DNA of 47,419 nt from Candidatus Zixiibacteriota bacterium (GCA_020344395.1 CP070824.1:2823609-2871027); one strand, 5' to 3'. Positions 32,976 to 43,331 are shown, counted from the stretch's first letter. Numbers and translations are program-made. Notes: generated by a model not told the origin, from the sequence alone.

Positions 32976-33725
32976 TCAAACAGAATTAATTATCGCAATG
33001 AATCCATCCGCTTTCAACGAAGCTCCTCCAACCAGGGCGCCGTCAATATCATCCTGGGCCAGAAGGTCGGCTGCGTTATCAGCATTGACCGAACCACCGT
33101 AGAGGATTCTAACCTGCTCCGCCGCGCTCGTGTCACGTTCGGAGAGCCTTTCGCGGATGAACCGGTGCACCTCCTGAGCCATCTCGGGCGTGGCCGTCCG
33201 GCCGGTCCCAATCGCCCAGACCGGCTCATAGGCGATCACCGTCTTCACCAAATCTTCAGTTGTCAACTCCGCCAGAGTTCCGGCCACCTGCCCGTCAACC
33301 ACCGACTCGGTCTCACCTCGTTCCCGCTGCTCAAGTGTTTCTCCAACGCAGATAATCGGGATCAAACCAGAGTCAAGAGCACGCCTTGCTTTGGCGCTAA
33401 CCAGTCGGTCAGACTCGGCATGGTACTGCCGCCTCTCGGAGTGGCCCAAAATAACAAAGGCTGCGCCTACTGTCAAGAGCATCTCGGCCGACACCTCTCC
33501 CGTGTAGGCACCCGATTTATGCTCGGACATGTTCTGCCCGCCCAGTCTGACCGGACTTCCGTCAAGTAACCGGGCGGCCGTTCCAAGCGCGGTAAATGGG
33601 GGACAGACCACCACTTCGGCTCTGCTCGTGTCAAACTCACCGGCCAGCAGATCGGAGATCAGCTTCTCGGTCTCAGCGACCGTACAGTTCATCTTCCAGT
33701 TGCCGGCAATGATCGGCTTCCGCAT
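32976..33725 (-). CDS. tpiA: Triosephosphate isomerase
   Basis: 249 aa. Motifs: IIAGNWKMN, ILGHSERR, AYEPVWAIGTG. Lies in gap-pgk-tpiA order. Confidence 0.95.
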   Translation of the reverse strand: MRKPIIAGNWKMNCTVAETEKLISDLLAGEFDTSRAEVVVCPPFTALGTAARLLDGSPVRLGGQNMSEHKSGAYTGEVSAEMLLTVGAAFVILGHSERRQYHAESDRLVSAKARRALDSGLIPIICVGETLEQRERGETESVVDGQVAGTLAELTTEDLVKTVIAYEPVWAIGTGRTATPEMAQEVHRFIRERLSERDTSAAEQVRILYGGSVNADNAADLLAQDDIDGALVGGASLKADGFIAIINSV

Positions 33726-33726
33726 C

Positions 33727-34941
33727 CTAACCTACCCTCGCTGTTGACTTGTCAGTCAGCGCCGCCACGCCCGGAAGTTGCTTACCTTCAAGGAATTCCA
33801 GCGAGGCACCGCCGCCCGTTGAAATATGAGACAGTCGGTTTTCAAGTCCCGCTTTGGCCACCGCCGCTGCTGAATCACCTCCACCTACCACCGTCACACA
33901 GCCTTCGTCGGTCAAGCGGGCGAGCAGATCCGCCATGGCCATAGTCCCTTTCGCAAACGGCTCACATTCAAAAACACCCATCGGTCCGTTCCAGACTACC
34001 GTCCCCGCGCCGGCCAGAGCCTCGGAAAACCGCTTGATCGTCGCCGGACCGATGTCCAGACCCTTCATGCCGTCGGGAATCTTGTCAATAGCTACCACTT
34101 CCGTCTGGGCAGCCTCAGCTATGTCAGCAGCTACCACCGCGTCAGCGGGCAGCAGCAACTCAACGCTGGAGGTTCGTGCTCCTTCAAGGATCTCACGGGC
34201 CAGGTCGACCTTGTCTTCTTCGAGCAGAGAATCCCCGATCGGATACCCGAGTGCCTTGCCGAAGGTGAAAGTCATGCCACCTCCTATCAACAGCTTGTCG
34301 ACCTTCTGCATCAGAGATTTGATAACATCAATCTTCCCGGAGATCTTTGCCCCGCCCAGCACCGCGGCGAAGGGCCGTTTGGGATCCGAAACTGCCTGAC
34401 CGAGGTATTTCAACTCCTTCTCCATCAGATAACCGGCCAATGCCTGGTCAAAATGCGCTGTAACCCCGACGGTTGAAGCATGAGCACGATGCGCCGTACC
34501 AAAAGCATCGTTGACATAAATGTCCGCCAGAGAAGCCAGTTTGCGGGCAAATTCAGGATCGTTCTGCGTTTCTTCAGCATGAAACCGCAGGTTCTCCAAT
34601 AGGAGACAGTCGCCGTCAGACATTCGCTGCACCAGATTAGCCGCTTCGGGGCCTATGCAGTCCTCAGCGAACTGCACCTGCTGCCCCAGTAGTTGCGTCA
34701 GATGCCTGGCTACCGGCTCCAGTGACATCTCAGGGACCGGCTTCCCCTTTGGCCTGCCCAGGTGGGAACAGGCGATCACCCGTCCGCCGTCGTCTAGTAT
34801 CTTCCTGATCGTTGGAAGGGCCCCGCGGATCCGCCGATCGTCGGTAATATTCCGGTTGGCGTCAAGCGGAACATTGAAATCCACCCGCACCAGCACGCGG
34901 CGGCCGCGAAAGTCCAAATCAGAAACTGTCACTTTGTTCAT
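33727..34941 (-). CDS. pgk: Phosphoglycerate kinase
   Basis: 404 aa. Motifs: [39 protein letters not shown]. Confidence 0.95.
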   Translation of the reverse strand: MNKVTVSDLDFRGRRVLVRVDFNVPLDANRNITDDRRIRGALPTIRKILDDGGRVIACSHLGRPKGKPVPEMSLEPVARHLTQLLGQQVQFAEDCIGPEAANLVQRMSDGDCLLLENLRFHAEETQNDPEFARKLASLADIYVNDAFGTAHRAHASTVGVTAHFDQALAGYLMEKELKYLGQAVSDPKRPFAAVLGGAKISGKIDVIKSLMQKVDKLLIGGGMTFTFGKALGYPIGDSLLEEDKVDLAREILEGARTSSVELLLPADAVVAADIAEAAQTEVVAIDKIPDGMKGLDIGPATIKRFSEALAGAGTVVWNGPMGVFECEPFAKGTMAMADLLARLTDEGCVTVVGGGDSAAAVAKAGLENRLSHISTGGGASLEFLEGKQLPGVAALTDKSTARVG

Positions 34942-34962
34942 TGCCGAACAGTCCTTTCCGCT

Positions 34963-35949
34963 TTAAAGCATCATTTGCATCATGTCGACCATGCGGCACG
35001 AAAATCCCCACTCGTTGTCATACCAGGCAAACACCTTGGTCATTTTTCCGTGCGTCGAAGTCAAAGCCGCATCGAATATCGAACCGTGCGGGTTACCCAC
35101 GATATCGCATGATACCACGGGATCCTCGCAGTATTCCAACGTCCTTGCAAGATCCCCTTTCGAAGCCGCCTTCTTCACCGCCGCGTTAATTTCGTCGGCT
35201 GTCGCTTTCTTTTCCAGGATGACGGTAAGATCCACCAGGGACCCATCCGGTGTCGGCACGCGGATAGCACTGCCATCCATCTTCCCTTTCAACTCCGGGA
35301 TCACTTCGGCGATTGCCTTGGCCGCCCCGGTGGTGGTTGGAACCATCGACAGGGCCGCCGCCCGGGCCCTCCGAAGATCCTTATGAGGAGCATCCTGCAG
35401 CCGCTGGTCGGCCGTGTAGGCGTGGATAGTGGTCATAATGCCGCTCTCGATGCCAAAATTATCAAGCAACACCTTGGCTACCGGCGCCAGACAGTTAGTG
35501 GTGCAGGATCCGATCGAGACCACATGATGCTTGCTCTTGTCATACTGGTCTGAGTTGACACCAAGAATAAATGTACCGTCATGACCCTTGGCCGGAGCCG
35601 ATATCAGCACCTTCTTTGCCCCGGCTGCAATATGCTTGGAGGCGTCCTCCTTCTTGCGAAAGAGACCGGTGCATTCGAGCACAATCTCGGCGCCCAGCTT
35701 CCCCCAGGGGAGGTTGCCGGGATCCCGCTCCGACATCACCGGAATAGACTTGCCGTCTACCTTGATTTTGTCGCCATCAACAACTACGTCTGATGGGTAC
35801 CGGCCATGGATGGAATCATACTTCAACAGGTGACCGAGCGTCTTCGCATCAGTTATGTCGTTGACGCCAACGACCTCAATATCTGTATCTCTGGCGGCCT
35901 TCAAAACCAGGCGGCCGATACGGCCGAAGCCATTGATGCCTACTTTCAT
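34963..35949 (-). CDS. gap: Glyceraldehyde-3-phosphate dehydrogenase (type I)
   Basis: 328 aa. Motifs: INGFGRIGR, active-site SCTTNCLAP, WYDNEWGF. Confidence 0.95.
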   Translation of the reverse strand: MKVGINGFGRIGRLVLKAARDTDIEVVGVNDITDAKTLGHLLKYDSIHGRYPSDVVVDGDKIKVDGKSIPVMSERDPGNLPWGKLGAEIVLECTGLFRKKEDASKHIAAGAKKVLISAPAKGHDGTFILGVNSDQYDKSKHHVVSIGSCTTNCLAPVAKVLLDNFGIESGIMTTIHAYTADQRLQDAPHKDLRRARAAALSMVPTTTGAAKAIAEVIPELKGKMDGSAIRVPTPDGSLVDLTVILEKKATADEINAAVKKAASKGDLARTLEYCEDPVVSCDIVGNPHGSIFDAALTSTHGKMTKVFAWYDNEWGFSCRMVDMMQMML

Positions 35950-36686
35950 GGTCCCTTCTCTCCTCGCTTGCGTTCTGTATCCTTCTTGTTCTTCTTTTTC
36001 GATTCGAATAAATACTTAACGCCGACTGTGACCGTAAGTCCGGTCCAGTCCTTGGTCTCGAACATGCCGTTTGAAAACCTCACGCCGATGTACTGCACCT
36101 GAAAATCCAGGCCGACGACACTGGCCAGTGGCCAGTCCGCGCCGCCCCCGAGCACCAGGCTTCCGCTCACCGCCGACTCTTCCTCAAGGTAACCCGGGAA
36201 GTAAGATTCCGAACTGGCGGCGAATAGATCATGGCGGGCATACGAGATACCTCCGCCGCCTGTCAGGTAAGGGTTAAGCCTTCCTAAACCCTGTCTTAAC
36301 GGGTAGGCCTTTAGCTTAACCAGAATTGGATAGAGGATGAGATTCCCGAAGTAACTCGTGGTTCCGCCGAGGTCGGTGTATTTCAGTTGCACGCTTCCGC
36401 GGTTGACTATCCCCACCGATAATTCCCCGACCAGCAACCTGGAGATGCGATAGGCCGCAAAGGCCTCGAAATGAAAGCTTCCGCTGCCAATGTCACTGAT
36501 AAAAGAGGAGCTGCCGACAGAATCTTCTTTGAGCGGTAAATCTCCCAGATTAGCCCAGGCACCGATTCTCACACCGGCCTGATGTTGCTTGCCAAAAAGT
36601 ACGGCAGGATCAACAGCCTGGGCGGTGGCGGTGACCACCAACAGCAAGAAAACACTCAGTGCAACCGTCATGTACTTTATACACAT
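35946..36686 (-). CDS. Outer-membrane beta-barrel protein (OmpW/porin-like) with a Lys-rich C-terminal tail
   Basis: 246 aa. Signal peptide ends ...VVTATAQA. Alternating-hydrophobic beta-strand pattern with aromatic residues. The ATGA overlap with the gap start suggests co-transcription. Confidence 0.7.
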   Translation of the reverse strand: MCIKYMTVALSVFLLLVVTATAQAVDPAVLFGKQHQAGVRIGAWANLGDLPLKEDSVGSSSFISDIGSGSFHFEAFAAYRISRLLVGELSVGIVNRGSVQLKYTDLGGTTSYFGNLILYPILVKLKAYPLRQGLGRLNPYLTGGGGISYARHDLFAASSESYFPGYLEEESAVSGSLVLGGGADWPLASVVGLDFQVQYIGVRFSNGMFETKDWTGLTVTVGVKYLFESKKKNKKDTERKRGEKGP

Positions 36687-36701
36687 ATCCTGAACACTCC
36701 T

Positions 36702-38294
36702 TTAATCGGTCGATCGACTGTCAGTGCTCACAGGATAGAATATCAGCAACCCTTCATCATAATCAAACAGAATCGTGAAATTCTGGAGCAAAAGGTTGCC
36801 AATGTTGCCGGCTAACTCCTCTGAACCGGTGATCCCTTCCCCCGCGTCCGGCAGCAGTACTGGCACATCCTGAAGACTCAGATCCCCGACATCAAAAGTG
36901 CGGGCCACGGCGCGCTGACCGCTCAGGCCCGGACCGATTCCACCGAGCACACGCGACAGCGGTTCGACCTGCAACAACTTCCCTGACAGGTCGTGCGACT
37001 GAACCCAGTGACTGTGAAGCAAGAGACCCAGGGCGTTGCCCAGATCCACCACGAATTTGCCGGAAACACCGTCCAGCTCTGCATCCACGGTTGGTACCTG
37101 CATGGTCAGCGAGAAAGGCACGCTGCTGCCACCGGTCGGCGGGACGAATTCATCAGGATCAAAAACCGTCAGCGTACTGCAGGCATAGTTGACCATCATT
37201 GGAAATCTGGCAAGAAAATCAAAGCCGAGGACGCCACCAAAGGGGACACCGTCGGGGCTGCTCCGACCAATGCCGGCCAGATCAAGTCTTCCTGCTATCT
37301 GCCCAAACAGCACCAGGTCTCCGATGACGATCGAATCGGTCCGGACCAGATCAGCTTCTTCATAACCACCGATTCCCTTTGTCGGAAGTGAACCCACCAC
37401 CTTGAGGTCCAGGTCAGTAATGGCGGCCTGGTGCAGGATATTCGCCGAGGCACCGGAATCGAGGATAAGCCTGACTTTGCGTTTGCCGTTTACTGAAGCC
37501 GTCACATAGATGTGTCCGTGCGAATAGTCGAAGGGAATTTCATAGCGATTCGCACCGTGAGGAAAACGATAATCTACCTTCTGAACACCCGGCAGCCGGT
37601 ACAGCGAAGCATCAACAGGTTGATTAATAATCACCGTATCGACGACAAACTCTGTCACCAGGCCCGCCTGCTCGGCCACCGCCCTGGAGACAAACGGCAT
37701 CACCATCCCCGACACCTGGCGAAAATCAGAGTTGTAGGTAATGGTTTCGAGGTTATCAATCCTGCTTGTCAACATCACCTGACGCGCAGTCTCCGGGTCA
37801 AGGTACAGATACAGCGTATCCAGATTCAGCGGCGTCAGGGCCACTAAATGATAATCTGTGCCGTCCCTTTCCACCAACCCGAGGTATTTCCGGCCGCCGG
37901 GAAGTCTGTCATCAAACAGGTAAGAATACGACTGAAGATACACCTGCCTGCGGATCTCATTTTCTTCATAACCGGACACCCGGCTGTATGCTCCGTTCAG
38001 ATCGCGCTTCCATGCCACCACGCCGTCGTAGGCCTGGACCAGTGAGAGCAGCCCGAACGTCACTTCCAGATAGATCTTGTCGGGGGAAGTATAGGCGATG
38101 CGGAACTCTCCCACCTGATCGTTCAGAGAGAACGCTCCCCGAGCCCGGAGAGTGTGAAGCGTCGCTGCCGTTCGGCAGGCTTCAGGTCCGCCGATTGACT
38201 GCACCAGAAGGGAGTCCAGATCCTGAGCGGCCGGAAAGAAAGACGGTGCCGCCAGGGCAACCAGCAGGAGTATTGTCGTTCCCGGATTCTTCAT
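36702..38294 (-). CDS. Secreted retropepsin-like (clan AA) aspartic protease family protein
   Basis: The track ORF extends to 38627 but overlaps rodA in another frame. The internal ATG at 38294 gives MKNPGTTILLLVALAAPSFFPAAQD, a signal peptide. Motifs: VRLILDSGASANILH (DSG active-site motif) and a second, degenerate lobe FVVDLGNALGLLLH. Confidence 0.75.
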   Translation of the reverse strand: MKNPGTTILLLVALAAPSFFPAAQDLDSLLVQSIGGPEACRTAATLHTLRARGAFSLNDQVGEFRIAYTSPDKIYLEVTFGLLSLVQAYDGVVAWKRDLNGAYSRVSGYEENEIRRQVYLQSYSYLFDDRLPGGRKYLGLVERDGTDYHLVALTPLNLDTLYLYLDPETARQVMLTSRIDNLETITYNSDFRQVSGMVMPFVSRAVAEQAGLVTEFVVDTVIINQPVDASLYRLPGVQKVDYRFPHGANRYEIPFDYSHGHIYVTASVNGKRKVRLILDSGASANILHQAAITDLDLKVVGSLPTKGIGGYEEADLVRTDSIVIGDLVLFGQIAGRLDLAGIGRSSPDGVPFGGVLGFDFLARFPMMVNYACSTLTVFDPDEFVPPTGGSSVPFSLTMQVPTVDAELDGVSGKFVVDLGNALGLLLHSHWVQSHDLSGKLLQVEPLSRVLGGIGPGLSGQRAVARTFDVGDLSLQDVPVLLPDAGEGITGSEELAGNIGNLLLQNFTILFDYDEGLLIFYPVSTDSRSTD

Positions 38295-38347
38295 AACACC
38301 TACAACACAGATTCGGCCTCGCCGGGTCTCATCTGAAGCACGCACCC

Positions 38348-39565
38348 TCAATACTCCTGCCAGCGATAGTCGGCTGAGACTATCAAACCTACCAGTCCCC
38401 AGACCAGCATCAGGGCGGTGCCGCCGTAGCTGATAAATGGCAGTGCCAGCCCGGTCACCGGCATGAAACCGAGCGTCATACCTACGTTGACGAGGAACTG
38501 AAACAGAATGAGACCGGCTGAGCCGACCACCACCAGTGATGCGAATTGTGAGCGGCAGCGGACGGCAATGCGAATTGCCCGGTAAAAAATAAAGGCAAAC
38601 AGGGACAGGACGATCAACGGCCCCCATAGTCCAAACTCCTCGCCGAGCACCGAGAATATGAAGTCGGTGTGTCTTTCGGGCAGGAAATCCAGACGCGTCT
38701 GTGAGCCGTTGAGAAACCCTTTGCCAAAGATGCCCCCGGAGCCGATGGATATCTTCGACTGGATTATCTGGTAACCGGCTCCGCGCGGGTCTCGGCCCGG
38801 ATCTATGAAGGTGAGGATACGCAGCCTCTGGTAGTCAGCCAACCTCGACCAGATTACGGGCGTGATAATCCCCGAAGCCAGATTGGCGACCACAACCAGA
38901 ATACCAAACAGCATGCCGGGTCGCAAAAAAGCCAGAAAAATCAGGAGCCCGGTCAGATAGACCGCCCAGGATAACCAGTGTGAGGCTGCAATCAGGGACG
39001 CAATAGGCGAGAGTATGAGCAACAGATACCATGGCGACAAACCGGACCAGAACCAGAGCACCAGCAGTACGGTTGGGAAAACGAGAGATGTCCCCAAATC
39101 AGGCTGCCTCAGAATGAGCATCACCGGAATCAGAGCCAGCATTGCCGTCAGGCCCAGACGCCGTTTGGATACAACCGACAGCCTTGTATACGCGAGGAAG
39201 CGCGACAGGGCCAGGATCAAGGCCAGCTTCGCGATATCTGAGGGGGCGAGGTTTATCGGTCCGAATGAAAACCATCGAGCCGGGCCCGGACCTGACCCTC
39301 CCACCACCAGGACCAGAACAAGGAGTATTATGGCGACCCCGTAAAGAAGGTAGGCTGAGATGTCAAAGATTCTCAGCGGCACATGGATAACGATCGTGAA
39401 AAGAACCAGAGAAAAGCCGAGCCAGAGAAGCTGTCTCTCAAAATAAGTTCTTTCGTACTCAGAACCCGCGTGATACTGGGCCGACATGATCAGCAACACA
39501 CCGATGAGGGAAAGAGCCAGAGCAGCACCAACCAGTTTCCAATCAAGGTCGCGGTAGGCCAGCAT
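38348..39565 (-). CDS. rodA: SEDS-family peptidoglycan glycosyltransferase RodA
   Basis: 405 aa and polytopic. Motifs: RQPDLGTSLV, PERHTDFIFSVLGEEFGL, FISYGGTA. Immediately downstream of mrdA. Confidence 0.9.
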   Translation of the reverse strand: MLAYRDLDWKLVGAALALSLIGVLLIMSAQYHAGSEYERTYFERQLLWLGFSLVLFTIVIHVPLRIFDISAYLLYGVAIILLVLVLVVGGSGPGPARWFSFGPINLAPSDIAKLALILALSRFLAYTRLSVVSKRRLGLTAMLALIPVMLILRQPDLGTSLVFPTVLLVLWFWSGLSPWYLLLILSPIASLIAASHWLSWAVYLTGLLIFLAFLRPGMLFGILVVVANLASGIITPVIWSRLADYQRLRILTFIDPGRDPRGAGYQIIQSKISIGSGGIFGKGFLNGSQTRLDFLPERHTDFIFSVLGEEFGLWGPLIVLSLFAFIFYRAIRIAVRCRSQFASLVVVGSAGLILFQFLVNVGMTLGFMPVTGLALPFISYGGTALMLVWGLVGLIVSADYRWQEY

Positions 39566-41373
39566 TACCTTTCCTCCACGGCCGCATTCGAAGCCACGGA
39601 TACCGGATGCCGCACGCTCATATAGACCCCTATGACGTCACCTACGACCGGCGCTGCCACTTCAGAACCGTGACCGGCGTTTTCAACGATAGCGCAGACC
39701 ACTATTTCCGGAGTTGTCAGGGGGGCCACTCCGACAAAGAGGGAGTGATTATCGCCGTGCGGATTCTGAGCCGTCCCGGTTTTCCCGCCAATGCTGTAAT
39801 CGGGATTCTTCAGACCCCGCGCGGTTCCATCCTCCCCTTCCACCACGAGCCTTAATCCCTCGTTTAGAATCGCCAGCGTGTTCGGCGAGAACGGCAGCCT
39901 GAAGGAGACAACCGGGGAGATCGTCATTACCTCGCCGCTGATTTTAGATTCTCTCTTCACGATGTGCGGACGGAACACAATGCCGTCGTTGGCCAGCCCG
40001 CAATACAACTGAGCCAGTTGGAGGGGAGTCGACAATATTTCGCCCTGCCCGATAGCATTGTTCAGGACCAGCGCCCAGGTCCATTTGCCACGACCGTACC
40101 GCTCATTATAGTACCGGCTGTTGGGATTAAGGCCGGCCGCCTCGTTGGGCAGATCCACTCCGGTGGCTCTTCCGAAACCGCATTTGCCGAGGTAGTCACT
40201 CAGAACGTCCACGCCCAGTTTCCGACCCAGTTGGTAGAAGTAGACATCGCAGGATTTCTCAATGGCACCGGTGATGGTCAGCGTCCCATGACCGCCGAGT
40301 TCCCAGCAGTGGAAGTTGCGGTTTCCAAACCGCATAGCTCCAAAGCATGGCTGAAAAGTCGTCTGAGCGGCGATAATCCCCTCTTCCAGACCAGCTCCCG
40401 CCGTGACCAGCTTGGTTGTTGATCCCGGTGGATAACGCCCGGTCAGCGGCCTGTTCAACAGTGGCGTCGAGGAATCACCGGACAAAGCCTGCCACAGCGA
40501 ATCGGGAATAACTGATGAAAATATGTTGGCGTTGTAGCCTGGTACAGAAACCATCGCGAGGATCTCCCCCGTTCTTGGATCCATCGCCACCACAGCTCCG
40601 TTGCGCCCGGCCATAGCGTCTACGGCAGCCTTCTGAACGTCAATATCGATGGTCAAAGTGAGGTCGGTCCCTGGATCAGCGTCGACCCATTTGCGCCCCT
40701 CGTACGGACCAAGAATCTGCCCTGAGGCGTGGATCTCCTGGTATCTGGTACCCTCAGTACCGCGCAGCAGCGGGTCGTAGTATCGCTCCAGGCCTTTCTT
40801 TCCGATCATACCTCCGAGGCGAAGATCTCTCCTCTGAGTTTCCTGAAGGTCACCCTCCGAGACTTCCCCGACGTATCCCGTGAACGATTCCGAGGCAAGC
40901 GTATCGGGATAAAGCCTGACCCGCTCCATCTGTATACTGACGCCCGGGAATTGAGTCGCCTGCTCCTCCAGAACGGCCACCACCTCAAAAGGAACATCTT
41001 TTTTGACCAGCGCCGGCTGATAACGGTTAACCAGATTGCGTCGAATGCGCCTGCGGATTTCCAGCGTGTCCAGCCCTATCAATGCCGAGAGATTGGCTAA
41101 AGTGATTTCCGCGACTTCTTCGGCAGGCACCACCGAAACGGTGTACGAAGGACGGTTGTCGATGATTACCCGGCCATGACGATCATACACCAGCCCCCGA
41201 CGCGGCTCCACCGGAACCACGCGTATCCTGTTTCTCTCCGAGCGGGCCTCGAGTTCCTGATATTCGAACACCTGCAGCTTGGTAAGGCCGGCCAGCAACC
41301 CAATCGTGATGAGAGCGACGGCCGCCAGACTTATTCTCTCTCGACTGACCAGCGACGTTTTGAATCGCTCCAT
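39565..41373 (-). CDS. mrdA: Penicillin-binding protein 2 (elongasome transpeptidase)
   Basis: 602 aa with an N-terminal TM anchor. Motifs: PGSTTKLV (SxxK) and GKTGTAQ (KTG). Lies in the mreC-mreD-mrdA-rodA context. Confidence 0.9.
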   Translation of the reverse strand: MERFKTSLVSRERISLAAVALITIGLLAGLTKLQVFEYQELEARSERNRIRVVPVEPRRGLVYDRHGRVIIDNRPSYTVSVVPAEEVAEITLANLSALIGLDTLEIRRRIRRNLVNRYQPALVKKDVPFEVVAVLEEQATQFPGVSIQMERVRLYPDTLASESFTGYVGEVSEGDLQETQRRDLRLGGMIGKKGLERYYDPLLRGTEGTRYQEIHASGQILGPYEGRKWVDADPGTDLTLTIDIDVQKAAVDAMAGRNGAVVAMDPRTGEILAMVSVPGYNANIFSSVIPDSLWQALSGDSSTPLLNRPLTGRYPPGSTTKLVTAGAGLEEGIIAAQTTFQPCFGAMRFGNRNFHCWELGGHGTLTITGAIEKSCDVYFYQLGRKLGVDVLSDYLGKCGFGRATGVDLPNEAAGLNPNSRYYNERYGRGKWTWALVLNNAIGQGEILSTPLQLAQLYCGLANDGIVFRPHIVKRESKISGEVMTISPVVSFRLPFSPNTLAILNEGLRLVVEGEDGTARGLKNPDYSIGGKTGTAQNPHGDNHSLFVGVAPLTTPEIVVCAIVENAGHGSEVAAPVVGDVIGVYMSVRHPVSVASNAAVEER

Positions 41374-41380
41374 GAGCTTC

Positions 41381-41866
41381 TCAGAATATGGCTCTAAGTT
41401 TCTTGTAGGTTATCAGGCCTTCCTTCAGGGCGAAGAAGAACCACGTCATGGCAGCGGTGTACACAGCACCGGGAAGTACACTTGACCAGAGCAGGTAGAT
41501 AAACCCGTCAGCCTGATCAACCAACACTCTTAGAACATTATGGACCAGAATACCGGCCAGCATCAACAACAGTTTGGCATATATAGAATCAAGATTAAGT
41601 AGCCGTCGAACATGGTAGGCACTCAGGCCGATGATAGTCAGAATGACGGCATGCAGACCAAACGAGTGCGGCAATCCGGCGGCCATCATCAGACCCGCCA
41701 GAAAGCCGAACCAGAGAGCGATCATCTCGGACTTGTAGATCGCCACGGCCACAACGACAAACGCTGTAAAATTGATCGAAACACCATAGATCGAGGTCAC
41801 ATCGCGCCAGATCACCTCATGCATGGCGATAAGGAACAAATAAAGTATGTAGGGTGCTATTCTCAT
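41381..41866 (-). CDS. mreD: Rod shape-determining protein MreD
   Basis: 161-aa polytopic membrane protein between mreC and mrdA. Confidence 0.8.
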   Translation of the reverse strand: MRIAPYILYLFLIAMHEVIWRDVTSIYGVSINFTAFVVVAVAIYKSEMIALWFGFLAGLMMAAGLPHSFGLHAVILTIIGLSAYHVRRLLNLDSIYAKLLLMLAGILVHNVLRVLVDQADGFIYLLWSSVLPGAVYTAAMTWFFFALKEGLITYKKLRAIF

Positions 41867-42654
41867 CGGGCATCCGGAATAAGGACAAAGAGCTCTTCAA
41901 GTGAACTGAAATTGGCGGCCGGATATAGCCGGATCTCGCAAAAAGCCTCCTCCTCGGGTCGTATCACCGACGCCACACTGCCTACGACCAGACCCGGTGG
42001 ATAGACTCCGCCCAGACCGGACGACAAAATCAAATCCCCCTGGGACACACGTCCCTGGACGGGAAAATTGTCCACCATCAGGCCATCACCCGGAACATAC
42101 CTCGCTATGCCCATCTCCCGGCTCGACGCAACCCGGACAGCAACCCGGTTCATTGAGTGGGTGAGCAATTGAACGGTCGCATAGTCAGGTGTAACCGACA
42201 CGATTCGCCCGATCAGCCCCTCCCGGTTGACCAGACATTGATTGACAAAGACGGAATCGTTGATGCCGCGATTGATGGTAGCCTCGATGGCCACTCTCTC
42301 TCTCGATACAGACAGGACACGGGCAGGCAAAAGGCGGTAATCCGGAGGCGGGTCGAATCCCAGCATCTGCCTCAAACGACCGTTCTCAAGGCGCACTTCG
42401 TCAAGCTCGGTCAGGCGCAGAGAAGCCTCGACCAGGGATTGCCGCAGCTGGAATTTCTCGGCGGCAACCGCAGTCAACTCTAAATAGGAATGTTTCAAGG
42501 CGGCAAAGGGAGAGTGAAAGATCGAAAGGGCGACCTGACTGATATATTGGTTTTGCCCGGCTGCGTCAAATATAAGCAGAGACGAAAGCAGTAGAAACGA
42601 TACAAAGTGAACGTTACGCCGGTATCTCGACAGAATGCTCGAAATCCATCTCAT
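41863..42654 (-). CDS. mreC: Rod shape-determining protein MreC
   Basis: 263 aa. It has an N-terminal anchor, a coiled-coil segment, then GLIGRIVSVTPDYATVQLL and GGVYPPGLVVGSV, which are typical of MreC. Confidence 0.85.
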   Translation of the reverse strand: MRWISSILSRYRRNVHFVSFLLLSSLLIFDAAGQNQYISQVALSIFHSPFAALKHSYLELTAVAAEKFQLRQSLVEASLRLTELDEVRLENGRLRQMLGFDPPPDYRLLPARVLSVSRERVAIEATINRGINDSVFVNQCLVNREGLIGRIVSVTPDYATVQLLTHSMNRVAVRVASSREMGIARYVPGDGLMVDNFPVQGRVSQGDLILSSGLGGVYPPGLVVGSVASVIRPEEEAFCEIRLYPAANFSSLEELFVLIPDAR

Positions 42655-42681
42655 AAATCCTGCTTCCCTGTCGAGAAGAAA

Positions 42682-43134
42682 TCACTTCACATTATCCACC
42701 AGCGCCAGTACATCTCCCGGAGAGGCCGCCTGCAAAAGCTTCCCGCGGTTCTCTTCAGATTTCATCGCATACGAAAGGATGGCCATCACATTCAAGTGGG
42801 CACCAATGGCATCCTCGGGCGCCGCTATCAGAAAAAACAACCGTACTTTCTTCTGGTCCATGGCATCGAAGTCGATTCCATCGTCGCTGCGGCCGAAAAC
42901 TATTACGATTCCCTTAGCCGCCTTCGTCTTGGCATGCGGAAAGGCCACCCCGTGGCCGACCCCGGTGGTAACCAGCTCTTCGCGCTCTTTGACATCGGCC
43001 AGCAGCGCATCGCGATCCTTGATCATGTTCGAACTGGCCGCGAGTGCTACCAGTTCCTCTATTACCTCGTCTTTGTTTGTGGATTTCAGATCGAAGGTTA
43101 CCAGGCTTTCGTCGCAGAATTTAGACAGTTTCAT
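42682..43134 (-). CDS. ptsN: PTS EIIA-type-2 domain protein (nitrogen-regulatory EIIA-Ntr-like)
   Basis: 150 aa. Phosphorylation-site context is TGVGHGVAFPHAK. The length is typical for PtsN. Confidence 0.8.
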   Translation of the reverse strand: MKLSKFCDESLVTFDLKSTNKDEVIEELVALAASSNMIKDRDALLADVKEREELVTTGVGHGVAFPHAKTKAAKGIVIVFGRSDDGIDFDAMDQKKVRLFFLIAAPEDAIGAHLNVMAILSYAMKSEENRGKLLQAASPGDVLALVDNVK

Positions 43135-43154
43135 TCGAACACCTTACAATAGTC

Positions 43155-43319
43155 CTACTCTTTCGTTTCGTCCAGCAGCAATACAGGGATATCATCCATC
43201 ACCTGAAACTTAATCTTGCAACGATGACACAGAAGTCTGTTATCTCCTGCAACGTATTCAAGCGAACCGCGACACTGCGGGCAGGCAAGTTTGTCAACCA
43301 ATTTATCCGAAAGAGCCAT
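43155..43319 (-). CDS. Trm112/YcaR-family small zinc-ribbon-like protein (54 aa)
   Basis: Below the track's size cutoff. Translation is MALSDKLVDKLACPQCRGSLEYVAGDNRLLCHRCKIKFQVMDDIPVLLLDETKE. It has the CPxC...CxxC and IPVLL motifs of the Trm112 family. GAGGAG lies 8 nt upstream, inside the accA 3' end. Confidence 0.8.
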   Translation of the reverse strand: MALSDKLVDKLACPQCRGSLEYVAGDNRLLCHRCKIKFQVMDDIPVLLLDETKE

Positions 43320-43331
43320 AGTTGCAACTCC

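Noticed and set aside
38295-38627. The 5' extension of track ORF 36702..38627 (111 extra codons, Arg/Gly-rich).
   Set aside because: It overlaps the 3' end of rodA in another frame and has an odd composition. A signal-peptide-encoding ATG at 38294 gives a sensible mature protein.
41381-43134. Absence of mreB upstream of mreC, with ptsN there instead.
   Set aside because: Gene order around mreCD varies among phyla and mreB may lie elsewhere. Nothing in the sequence suggests a deletion scar or pseudogene.
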